Assembly: GCA_042576165.1 (NCBI GenBank)
Contig: JBHPBZ010000003.1
Span: 1-34,574, forward strand
DNA from: Candidatus Babelota bacterium
GTDB lineage: Bacteria; Babelota; Babeliae; Babelales; UASB340
Reading direction: 5' to 3'
DNA length: 34,574 bases
Below the pieces are notes generated by a model. The model ran no database searches and was not told the origin of the DNA. It saw only the letters and a program-made list of their open reading frames with translations. The translations under genes were made by a program, and so were the position numbers. How positions within the stretch are numbered: position 1 is the stretch's first letter; every line of letters starts with the position of its first letter. Shown piece by piece: positions 9,245 to 18,067 of this stretch.

Positions 9245-11302
9245 TTATTTTTGTATATAACAATTCACTATGTCGTCTTCTCTCCAGTCAGTAAAACCAT
9301 CGCAAACGAAACCACATTCATAACCAGCATGAACTTGAGCAACAACCTTACCTTCTTTTTGCAAACTAGTAATGCGACCTTGCCCAACAATTTTGCCTCT
9401 GCGCATACATTCAACTTTGTTCCCCTTAGAAACAACACCTTCTTGCACACCACAACCAGCAACAATTCCTATTTTTTTAATATCAAATACTTTTTTGACT
9501 AAAAGTTGTGAAACTTTTTTCCAAACCTTTTCAACCTTTTTAGTCTTTTCTAAAATCTCTTCTAGATACTCAATCGCTCTGTAAATAATATCATAAATTT
9601 CAACTTTAACACCTCGAGTTTTAGCAAGAGAAACAGCATTTTTTTCTGTTTTAATATGTAAACCTAAAATGATCGAACCTGTTGAAGCTGCCATTTCTAT
9701 ATCGCTTTCAGAAATATCGCCTACTCCTATTTGAACAATACAAATTGATGAATAACCTTTTTTTAGTTTTTTCATCAATTTTAAAATTGAGCCCTCAAGA
9801 GCTTCTTTTGAGCCACGAGTATCTGTTTTTATAATTAAGTTTATTTGATTATCAATACTATCTTTTAGCGTGAATTTAGCTTGTGACCCAGATCTTGATG
9901 CAGCAGAAATGAAAGTATTTTTGGAAGACTTTGCTTTCAAGTATTCTTCTTTGGAGACAACTTGTAACCAGTCCCCAATCTCTGCAAAACCGTCAAAGCC
10001 AACAACCTTTACAGGAATGGAAGGACCTACTTCTTTTATTATTTTATTAAAACTATTTACTAATACACGAACTCTTCCCGTTCCAGAACCACATATAAAA
10101 AAATCTCCACGCTTAATCGTCCCATCAACACATATTACAGTTGCAACAGGTCCATGACCTTTCTCTAATTTTGACTCAAGAACAAAAGCCTTTGCGCGCA
10201 TTTTTGGTTCAGCCTTCAAGTCCATCATTTCTGCCTGAAGAACTATCATTTCCAAAAGATCGCCTACTCCTTCTCCAGTCTTTGCTGAAATAGGAACGCA
10301 AACAACTTCTCCACCCCAATCCTCAACAATTAAATCTTGATCAGCAAGCTGACGCTTAACTGTTTGCAAAGCAGTAGAAGATGAGGCTTTATCAATTTTG
10401 TTTATAGCTACAATGATAGGAACAGAAGAATCTTTTGCGTGCTTAATAGCCTCAATAGTTTGAGGTTTAACCCCATCATCAGCAGCAACAATTAATACTG
10501 CAATATCTGTAATTTTTGCACCACGAGATCGTATAAAAGAAAAAGCCTCATGGCCCGGTGTATCTAAAAATACGATTTTCCCATGAGAACTATCAACCTC
10601 ATATGCACCTAAATGCTGAGTAATACCACCTTTTTCTCTTGAAGCAGTATTCATTTTTCTAATAAAATCAAGAAGAGTTGTTTTTCCGTGATCAACATGC
10701 CCCATAACGACAACAATCGGCCAACGCTTCAACCCTTGATCTTGGCGAGTCTTTTCTACCTTAGGGCTTGAAAGTTCCTCTTTCGGATTTTTAATAGTTG
10801 CATCAATTCCAAACTGTTTTGCCAAAGCAATAATAACCTCAACAGGTAAAATATTATTCCTATTGCAAGCCATACCGCTTTTCAACAAAGCAACAATTAG
10901 ATCTCCTGAACTTTTCCCCATAACATCAGCCGCCTGAAAAAGTGGCATATTTTTTTCTATAACAATTTCAGTAATATCTTTCCTAACTTCTGGTAATGTT
11001 TTCGATTTTATAAAGACTCTTTTCTGAACATCCTTCTTAAAGCCACCACTCGCAGGCTTTACCACTTTTTTTATAGCCCCAAGCTCTTTTTTTACAGGCG
11101 CAATCTTAGCAGGAATAGGTTTCTTTTTAACCACTTCACGAGCAACTTGCTTTTTTACGCCTAATTTTTTTTCTATGTATGCAATACCTTCTTCAGGAAT
11201 AACAGACATATGACTAGAAAGATCTATCTTAGTCTTACTTAATAAGCCAAGAAGCTCTTTACTCGAAATTCCAAATTTTTTTGCAGCCTCATAAACCCGC
11301 AT
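9245..11302 (-). CDS. infB: Translation initiation factor IF-2
   Basis: MRVYEAAK N-terminus (ATG at 11302 with AGGA RBS), [31 protein letters not shown]. Confidence 0.97.
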   Translation of the reverse strand: MRVYEAAKKFGISSKELLGLLSKTKIDLSSHMSVIPEEGIAYIEKKLGVKKQVAREVVKKKPIPAKIAPVKKELGAIKKVVKPASGGFKKDVQKRVFIKSKTLPEVRKDITEIVIEKNMPLFQAADVMGKSSGDLIVALLKSGMACNRNNILPVEVIIALAKQFGIDATIKNPKEELSSPKVEKTRQDQGLKRWPIVVVMGHVDHGKTTLLDFIRKMNTASREKGGITQHLGAYEVDSSHGKIVFLDTPGHEAFSFIRSRGAKITDIAVLIVAADDGVKPQTIEAIKHAKDSSVPIIVAINKIDKASSSTALQTVKRQLADQDLIVEDWGGEVVCVPISAKTGEGVGDLLEMIVLQAEMMDLKAEPKMRAKAFVLESKLEKGHGPVATVICVDGTIKRGDFFICGSGTGRVRVLVNSFNKIIKEVGPSIPVKVVGFDGFAEIGDWLQVVSKEEYLKAKSSKNTFISAASRSGSQAKFTLKDSIDNQINLIIKTDTRGSKEALEGSILKLMKKLKKGYSSICIVQIGVGDISESDIEMAASTGSIILGLHIKTEKNAVSLAKTRGVKVEIYDIIYRAIEYLEEILEKTKKVEKVWKKVSQLLVKKVFDIKKIGIVAGCGVQEGVVSKGNKVECMRRGKIVGQGRITSLQKEGKVVAQVHAGYECGFVCDGFTDWREDDIVNCYIQK

Positions 11303-11368
11303 GCTTATCCTATATAATTGATGAAAAATAAAATAGCACCCACACACCATACATAAAAAAGGATACTT

Positions 11369-12439
11369 TTACTCTTCTGCCAAAAATACTTCTTCTTCAT
11401 TCTTATCAAAACCACCTGGACTAGAAATTACATCTTGTAGTTGAATTTCAACCCCAGTCAATTTTGATGCCAATAATATATTTTGACCTTTTCTACCAAT
11501 AGCAATTGAACGCTGGTCTTCCGCCAACCAAACAACTGCCTTATTATCCGAAACCAACTCAACCTTATCAACCTCTGCAGGCTTTAAGCTAATTTTAACT
11601 AAATCCTCAGTAGAATCAACCCATTCAATTAAATCAATTTTTTCTTTTCCAAGCTCTCTCAAAATAGGTTTAATTCTAGAACCACCAACCCCAACACATG
11701 TTCCAACCGGATCAATTTCCTTGCTGGTTGAAATTACAATAACTTTTGTTTTATATCCAGCAATTCTTACAATTTTTTTAATTTCAACAATTCCTTCAAA
11801 AACCTCTGGAATTTCAATTTCTAAAAGACTCTTAACAAAGTCTGCAGATACTCTATCTAAAATAAGCTGATAATCACCTTTAGCAACAGCTAACACATCT
11901 TTCAATAAAGCTCTAATAGGATGGCCAATACGAATATTCTCTAGCGGAATGCAATTTTCACTAGATAAAATCGCCATAACATCACCAACCTTAACCACAA
12001 ATCCAATACGCTCTCTTTTGTGTACAATTCCACTTATAACTGTGCCTTTTTTTTCAATAAACTCTTTATAGACAGCATCTTGCTCTAAACTTCTAATTCT
12101 GCTTGCAATAAATTGCTTTGCAGCCAAAATCTCAATACGACCAACATCTTTTTGTTCAATAGGAACATTAATAGAATTGCCAATTTCAGCATTGGAATCG
12201 AAAGCCCGAGCTTTACGCAAAGATATTTCATCAAAGGGGCTTACAACATGAGAAACAATATTTTTTTCAGCATAAACTTCAACCTCTCCACTTTTTTTAT
12301 TATACAAAGCACTTAAAATTGAATCAGGAAACTTCTTCATAAACGCAGAAAGTACTCCCTCACAAACAACCTCTACAACCTTTTCTTTATCAAGGCCTCG
12401 TTCTTCAACTAGCCCTTCAATAACAGCGGAAAGTTTCAC
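11369..12439 (-). CDS. nusA: Transcription termination/antitermination factor NusA (short form)
   Basis: GRIEILAAKQ, S1 and KH domains, DPVGTCVGVGGSRI, AIGRKGQNILLASKLTG; upstream of infB. Confidence 0.96.
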   Translation of the reverse strand: MKLSAVIEGLVEERGLDKEKVVEVVCEGVLSAFMKKFPDSILSALYNKKSGEVEVYAEKNIVSHVVSPFDEISLRKARAFDSNAEIGNSINVPIEQKDVGRIEILAAKQFIASRIRSLEQDAVYKEFIEKKGTVISGIVHKRERIGFVVKVGDVMAILSSENCIPLENIRIGHPIRALLKDVLAVAKGDYQLILDRVSADFVKSLLEIEIPEVFEGIVEIKKIVRIAGYKTKVIVISTSKEIDPVGTCVGVGGSRIKPILRELGKEKIDLIEWVDSTEDLVKISLKPAEVDKVELVSDNKAVVWLAEDQRSIAIGRKGQNILLASKLTGVEIQLQDVISSPGGFDKNEEEVFLAEE

Positions 12440-12509
12440 TTTATATTTACCCTAATATTTATGTTTGAACAATTTAGCTAAGAATTAATCAACAGACAAA
12501 CAGAACTAA

Positions 12510-12538
12510 AGCTTACCTTAAGTATAGTTTAAGGTCAA
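12510..12538 (-). promoter_or_regulatory. Candidate sigma70 promoter for the nusA-infB operon
   Basis: On the minus strand TTGACC (12538-12533), 17-bp spacer, TAAGCT (12515-12510). Confidence 0.4.
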
Positions 12539-12724
12539 AACCAAAAAAGTGAAGTCTCCTTTGATTTTTTTCCTTTTTGGTTTATGTGGATTTTTTTAAA
12601 AAACTTCCACACCCATTATTAATTTATATATATATATAAATATATATAGTAATAGATGGGGCACTTTTTTGTTGATAACTCATTTTTTTCGGGTGAAAAC
12701 TGCCGTCTGGTAGAGCTATTCGTG

Positions 12725-12767
12725 TTCCGATAAATTGTTCATAACTTGTTCATAACTTGTTCATAAC
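12725..12767 (-). repeat. Left array: 3 x 11-bp TTGTTCATAAC plus terminal TTCCGATAAA
   Basis: Units at 12735-12745, 12746-12756 and 12757-12767; reverse complement of the right array. Confidence 0.97.
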
Positions 12768-12864
12768 TTTTTTTATTGTTCGATATTGCCGTCCCATAGC
12801 ACTTTACTACAGGGCCGCCGCTGTAACCCCCCTATTTAAGGAGGTATTCAAGGAGAGACAAAAA

Positions 12865-12918
12865 GTTATGAACAAGTTATGAACAGGTTATGAACAAGTT
12901 ATGAACAATTTATCGGAA
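12865..12918 (+). repeat. Right array: 4 x 11-bp GTTATGAACAR plus terminal TTTATCGGAA
   Basis: Units at 12865, 12876 (ends in G), 12887 and 12898; inverted relative to the left array. Confidence 0.97.
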
Positions 12919-12965
12919 TAGAAATGTTCCTGCGGATTTGTTTTTTGATTTATTCTAATTGTGAT

Positions 12966-13637
12966 TTATTTTGAGTTCTTTTTAAGATTTTTGAGGATTT
13001 TTTTCATATCTTCCCATACGTTTTTTTTTGCATTAGGATTTCTTAAAAGATAAGCTGGATGAAAGGTTGGAATTACTGTATAACCATTAAAATTAAAAGC
13101 CATTCCTCGTGCCTTTGTGATTTTTATGGATTTGCCTAATAAGGCTTGGGTTGCGCAAGAACCAAGGGTACATATTATTTTGGGTTTTATGATTTCAATT
13201 TCTTTAAATAGAATTAATTTTTTGCAAGTCTCGCTTTCTTGTGGAAGAGGAAGTCTGTTGTTTGGTGGGCGACATTTTACAACATTTGAAATATAAATAT
13301 CTTCTCTTTTTAATTCCATTGCTTCAATAATTTTTGTTAAAAGTTTTCCAGCTCTTCCGATAAATGGTATTCCTTGTATGTCTTCGTCCTTTCCTGGACC
13401 TTCTCCTATAAGCATTAGTTGTGCATTTGTATTTCCGTGTCCGAATACAATTTGAGTTCTGCCTTGTTGTGACAGGGGACATTCTTGGCAGTTTTTGTAT
13501 TTTGTATAAATTTTTTCTAATAGTTTTTTATTTTTCTCTTTGTTAACTTTTGTTTTTTCATCATCTTTATACAAAAATCCGGATGGTTGTTTTTTTAAAA
13601 AGTTTAAATAGTTTTTAATTTCTTTTATTTTTGTCAT
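12966..13637 (-). CDS. udg: Uracil-DNA glycosylase family 4 (Fe-S)
   Basis: CQECPL, IGEGPGKDED, PFIGRAG, NVVKCRPPNNR, TFHPAYLLR. Confidence 0.94.
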   Translation of the reverse strand: MTKIKEIKNYLNFLKKQPSGFLYKDDEKTKVNKEKNKKLLEKIYTKYKNCQECPLSQQGRTQIVFGHGNTNAQLMLIGEGPGKDEDIQGIPFIGRAGKLLTKIIEAMELKREDIYISNVVKCRPPNNRLPLPQESETCKKLILFKEIEIIKPKIICTLGSCATQALLGKSIKITKARGMAFNFNGYTVIPTFHPAYLLRNPNAKKNVWEDMKKILKNLKKNSK

Positions 13638-13685
13638 ATTATTTTTAATAAGTTAAAAAATGAAATATAAATTTTTTTTATTATC

Positions 13686-15098
13686 TTAACTTATCTTTTC
13701 TGGTTTTTCTAATTTATCAATATTTTTGTTATTGCGTGTTAATTTTATATATTTTTTTAAAAATTCAATCCATTTGGTTTTTTGAGCAAATATTGTTTTA
13801 GGATAAGATGAATGTATTTTCTTTTTTGGATAATAGAAAGATAGCCCCGATGCTTTTGGAAGATTTGGTCCACTTGTGTTTGCAATTATAGTTTGATTAA
13901 TGGTTTCTATTCCTTTTAATAAAAGATTTTGAAGACTATCTATTTTAAATTCGGTATAAATTTTACTGTCCAGTTTTTTGCTTTCTGATAATAAGCTTTG
14001 ATAAAAATGCTTATGATCTACATAGTTTTTATTGTCAAAAATGGTTGTGAGTTTGTCACTAGTTCTTATTTTTTTTAGTAACTCAATAATTTTTGTATTA
14101 TTAGATTGATTTAGTAAGTTAATTAAAAAGCTTGATATTTTGTTAAGGCAAGATTCAAGTTCGCTAAATTTTTCTAGATCGACAGCTGATTGGGTATGAT
14201 CTGCATAAGAGGTACTGTATTGTTTCCCATATGCTTTAACTATATTTATAGCAAATTCTTTAGGCGTTAGTGTTTTATTGGTGAATGGTTTTAAGACTGT
14301 TGTATAATTCCATCCGCTTCCAGGTTCTACTTCTTCAGATCCAACCATATATTTTGCGTCTTTTTTGATTTGTGTTCCAATTTCAAACATTGCCATGTGG
14401 CAGGCATCCATACCTAAAATATCTATTTTATTTCCTCTTAAAAGATCGGATTTTATTTTATGCAATGTCTTGCGTAATTCTTGGTTTGTTATATAGGTTT
14501 CAAAAACTTCGTTGAAAGCAATTCCGCGATCCTTTTTAGATTTTCTATTCAGTTCTAATAATCCTGTTTGTGAATTTATTGAAAAAATTTGATTTGAATA
14601 TTGAGAATCTTTTTTGCCCCAAATGGAAGGATCTTCTATCCCTGAGCCATGATTCCAAAGAATCAAGGCATGTTTTTTTGCTGGGTAATTTGTAACAGCC
14701 CATTCAGCAAAGTCGTACAAATTTTGCGGAGTTCCACTTATGCTTGCGGGAGAATCTTTTTCTAATTGCATTAAGTTTGCTCGTTCTTTTTCTATATAAT
14801 AACGGGCAATTTCGTTTTTTCCGTAAGTATCTTGTTGTATTAATATATTTAGATTTTTATTAGAACCGACTTTCATCATTTGTATTATATTGTTGATTGA
14901 ATCATTATATAAATTGTTATTTGATGTTATATAAACCATGAAATTCCAATCCTTGATGCATTTTTTTGGGGTTGATGTTGTTGGTTTTAAATCTAGTGGT
15001 TTTATTTCTAACTGATTGGCGTTAATATTAAATATTAGTTGTGTAATAGTAATTAAAACAACTCTTTTTATTGAAATCCTTTGAATAGACTTAAACAT
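13686..15098 (-). CDS. Clostripain-family (peptidase C11) cysteine protease, secreted
   Basis: WNFMVY-NNL, LILWNHGSG (catalytic His), GMDACHM (catalytic Cys), SEEVEPGSGWNY, GLSFYYP; ATG at 15098 preceded by GGGGAG; signal-like N-terminus. Confidence 0.88.
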   Translation of the reverse strand: MFKSIQRISIKRVVLITITQLIFNINANQLEIKPLDLKPTTSTPKKCIKDWNFMVYITSNNNLYNDSINNIIQMMKVGSNKNLNILIQQDTYGKNEIARYYIEKERANLMQLEKDSPASISGTPQNLYDFAEWAVTNYPAKKHALILWNHGSGIEDPSIWGKKDSQYSNQIFSINSQTGLLELNRKSKKDRGIAFNEVFETYITNQELRKTLHKIKSDLLRGNKIDILGMDACHMAMFEIGTQIKKDAKYMVGSEEVEPGSGWNYTTVLKPFTNKTLTPKEFAINIVKAYGKQYSTSYADHTQSAVDLEKFSELESCLNKISSFLINLLNQSNNTKIIELLKKIRTSDKLTTIFDNKNYVDHKHFYQSLLSESKKLDSKIYTEFKIDSLQNLLLKGIETINQTIIANTSGPNLPKASGLSFYYPKKKIHSSYPKTIFAQKTKWIEFLKKYIKLTRNNKNIDKLEKPEKIS

Positions 15099-15219
15099 AT
15101 TCCATCTCCCCTTTTGTTTTTGAATCACATTTTTTATGTTTTGAATTTTATCAATTCAAGAATAAATAAATTTTATCAGAGTTATGTTTGTTATTTCAAT
15201 AAATTTGTTTCTAAAGTGA

Positions 15220-16377
15220 TTATTTAACTAGTCCAAGTATTCCTAGAGTAAAAGCTAGATAAAAACTTAATTGAAAATCTAAGAAAAATAATTGTATTGG
15301 ATTAAATAGTAAGATTATTATGCACAATAAGCATAGCATGTGTAAAAAACTTGTTTGTTGATTATAGAATTTACCCAATTCATAAAAAATAAATATATAA
15401 AATGCTCGATAAAACGATATACTTGACCAGCTCAGCAGGCTGTAAATCATGCAAATAGATATTAAGACAAGTTGTTTTAGATATAAGCTAATCGGAATAA
15501 GGCTTAAAAGTATTTTCCAAATTAAAATGAATAAAATTACATGTAACCCTGAACGAGCAAGGTAGTGTGTAATTCCCCATTGGCCAAAATTACGACGAAG
15601 TTGATTGTTTTTGCCCGCTTTTTTATTTCCAAGGAAAATATATGAAAAATAATAAAAAGTTTGGGGTAGGAGTTTTTGGCGAATGTTTAGTAGTAGTTTA
15701 TTCTTCTTTTGATTTATCCATCTAAAAACATTGAACTTAGGTTTGTATTTGTTTTTGTAAAATAGTTTTTTGCAAAAGATTGAACACAAAACATTTTCTT
15801 TGATTTGATAATCAAGATAGTTTGGTTTTTTAATTAATGTTTGTTTAGGTTGTAGGTTTGGAATTTTGAAGTTTGTTAGTTTTATTTTGTCTCCAATTTC
15901 AATAGAACTTTTTGTTTGTGTGTAGTAATTAATATTAATATTTTTTATAGGAAGTTTTTTTGTTGTATAAAAAAATTGTTTTTTTTTATATGGAGTATTA
16001 TACGGGATGTATTTTATGCTCTTTATTTTTTTCAGGTTTAATTTGAATATTTCGCCATCTGTATTTTGCCTTTGTTCTTTATTTAGTACGATTGCTGTTG
16101 ATTTTAATCTTTTGTTTTGTAGATTTTTTAATAAACTTTGGTGATATTGCTTTTGATGTTGAATTAAGAATATTCCTGAAAAAAATATTGTTGAGCATAA
16201 AACTATTTGTAGACCATTTACTGTTGTATGATCTTTAAATAAAAATAATAAAATTCCTGCAAATATTATTGTTATTGCTAGGATTAAATTATTTAAACAA
16301 AAAAAAGTTGAACAACAAATTCCTAATAAAAGACTGAATTGAGGGAGAAATAATGGAGAAAGTTTATTTATGAACAT
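15220..16377 (-). CDS. comEC: ComEC/Rec2-family competence protein (short form)
   Basis: N-terminal TMs, OB-like region, GITHYLARSGLHV, RA and NP---DFQLSF motifs; no metallo-beta-lactamase domain. Confidence 0.8.
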   Translation of the reverse strand: MFINKLSPLFLPQFSLLLGICCSTFFCLNNLILAITIIFAGILLFLFKDHTTVNGLQIVLCSTIFFSGIFLIQHQKQYHQSLLKNLQNKRLKSTAIVLNKEQRQNTDGEIFKLNLKKIKSIKYIPYNTPYKKKQFFYTTKKLPIKNININYYTQTKSSIEIGDKIKLTNFKIPNLQPKQTLIKKPNYLDYQIKENVLCSIFCKKLFYKNKYKPKFNVFRWINQKKNKLLLNIRQKLLPQTFYYFSYIFLGNKKAGKNNQLRRNFGQWGITHYLARSGLHVILFILIWKILLSLIPISLYLKQLVLISICMIYSLLSWSSISFYRAFYIFIFYELGKFYNQQTSFLHMLCLLCIIILLFNPIQLFFLDFQLSFYLAFTLGILGLVK

Positions 16378-16666
16378 TAATTAAAGATATTACGGCACTT
16401 TTTAAAATTTCTATTTTTGATCCATCATGTAGTGTAATAATGATAGTATTTTCTAATATATTTTCTACTGTTCCTAGTATTCCGCCTTTTGTAATTACCT
16501 TATTTCCTTTTTTTAATTCATCTCGCATAAGATTAAGAGATTGTTGTTGTTTTTGTTGAGGTCTAATCAAAAAGAAATAAAAGATTCCAATTATTAAAAT
16601 AAATGGTAAAAATTGTGCAAATAATTTTAATATCATAGCTATTGTTGGATTTTGATAAATATTCAT
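16364..16666 (-). CDS. yajC: Preprotein translocase subunit YajC
   Basis: FYFFLIRPQQK, LKKGNKVITKGGILG. Confidence 0.95.
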   Translation of the reverse strand: MNIYQNPTIAMILKLFAQFLPFILIIGIFYFFLIRPQQKQQQSLNLMRDELKKGNKVITKGGILGTVENILENTIIITLHDGSKIEILKSAVISLINVHK

Positions 16667-16807
16667 TGATTTTTCCTTTTGGTTATTTATTTAATTAAGA
16701 AATAATAATAGTATATTTTATTAAAAAACTTAAAGTAGTTATAAAAAAACTTATTTTTATTATGTTTTAAGCTTTTATTTTGGTTAGTTATTTATTAAGG
16801 AATTAAA

Positions 16808-18067
16808 ATGAAGATAAAAAAAATTTGGGCATTGGAGATTTTAGATTCAAGGGGATTTCCTACAATTAAGTGTAATTTATTGCTTTCTAACGGCAAAAAA
16901 GTAAGTAGTTGTGTTCCATCTGGAGCATCTGTTGGCCAAGCAGAGGCATTAGAACTTAGGGATAGTGCAAAAAAAAGATATTTTGGAAAAGGTGTTTTAA
17001 GAGCCATAGAAAATATAGAAAAAAAAATATTCCCAATATTAAAAGATAAAGAACCTGATTTATTTTTAATGGATAAGGAATTAGTTGAACTTGATAAAAC
17101 GAAAAATAAATCGAATTTGGGTGCAAATGCAATTTTGGCTGTAAGTATGGCTGTTGCTAGAGCTCAAGCCGCTGCTCATAATATTCAATTATATGAATTA
17201 ATAAATAAATTAGGGAATTTATCAAATTATTTTATTCCTAAAGTTATGTTTAATATTTTGAATGGTGGCATGCATTCCGATAGTGGAATATGTTTCCAAG
17301 AATTTATGATAATGCCTCTAGGAAATAAAAGTTTTTCTGAAAAATTGAATCAAGTTGTGATGGTTTATCAAAAATTAAAAAAACTATTAGAGGAACATGG
17401 TTATTCTGTTGGGGTTGGAGATGAGGGTGGCTTTGCTCCAAAGCTTGCCAAAAAAAATGATTCTGGTGAAAAAAAGGCTTTAGATTTTTTAGTAAAAGCA
17501 GTAGATTGTTCGGGCTTGAAATTGGGTAAGGATATTGCATTTTGTTTAGATGTTGCGGCATCTCAATTTTATGATAAAAATAATGGCCTTTATTATTTAA
17601 AAGATCGTAAATTAACGGCTAAAGAAATGATTAATTTGTACGAAGATTTAATTTCTCAGTATCCAATTAATTCTATTGAAGATGGATTAGATGAACAAGA
17701 TTGGCAAGGCTGGAAAGAGATGACCGAAAATCTTGGGTCAAGAGTTCAGTTGGTTGGGGATGATATTTTTGCAACAAATACAAAACTTATAAAAAAAGGA
17801 ATTGATAATGGAATCGCAAATGCAGTATTGATAAAACCAAATCAAATAGGCACGGTGAGTGAAACTATAGAGGCAATTGGAATTTGTAAAAAAAATAAAT
17901 ATAAAACTGTTGTTTCGCATAGGTCTGGTGAAACTTGTGATGATTTTATTTCGGATTTAGCAGTTGGAATTTGTTCGGGGCAATTTAAGGCTGGAGCATG
18001 TGCACGGGGAGAGAGGGTTGCTAAATATAATCGATTATTAGAGATAGAATTCAATATAAATAAATAA
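16808..18067 (+). CDS. eno: Enolase
   Basis: EILDSRGFPT, VPSGAS, NGGMH, QEFMI, VGDEGGFAP, VGDD, SHRSGET, KYNRLLEIE. Confidence 0.97.
   Translation: MKIKKIWALEILDSRGFPTIKCNLLLSNGKKVSSCVPSGASVGQAEALELRDSAKKRYFGKGVLRAIENIEKKIFPILKDKEPDLFLMDKELVELDKTKNKSNLGANAILAVSMAVARAQAAAHNIQLYELINKLGNLSNYFIPKVMFNILNGGMHSDSGICFQEFMIMPLGNKSFSEKLNQVVMVYQKLKKLLEEHGYSVGVGDEGGFAPKLAKKNDSGEKKALDFLVKAVDCSGLKLGKDIAFCLDVAASQFYDKNNGLYYLKDRKLTAKEMINLYEDLISQYPINSIEDGLDEQDWQGWKEMTENLGSRVQLVGDDIFATNTKLIKKGIDNGIANAVLIKPNQIGTVSETIEAIGICKKNKYKTVVSHRSGETCDDFISDLAVGICSGQFKAGACARGERVAKYNRLLEIEFNINK

Larger units (their letters stand above)
12585..12918. other. Probable chromosomal replication origin (oriC)
   Basis: Largest intergenic region; 34-bp AT-only tract 12615-12648; TAG-TAA-TAG trios 12647-12655 followed by a GGGGC patch and the box TGTTGATAA (12670-12678); seven copies of TTATGAACA (1 mismatch to TTWTNCACA); strand composition flips across the region. 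Confidence 0.8.

Noticed and set aside
11303-11350. N-terminal extension of infB in the ORF track
   Set aside because: The IF-2 N-terminal motif and RBS point to ATG 11302
12837-12882. Perfect Shine-Dalgarno TAAGGAGGT and a second AAGGAG before ATGs in the right array
   Set aside because: The first ATG (12868) gives only MNKL-stop; the ATGs are a by-product of the repeat unit
12735-12908. 11-bp repeats as a CRISPR array
   Set aside because: The units are only 11 bp, directly abutting with no spacers, and there are no cas genes in the window
12725-12918. 194-bp inverted-repeat element as 6S RNA or a MITE
   Set aside because: The length fits, but the arms are phased DnaA-box-like tandem units of unequal number; no target-site duplication or transposase was seen; it sits beside an AT-rich unwinding-like element. 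Not fully excluded without an Rfam/BLAST search.
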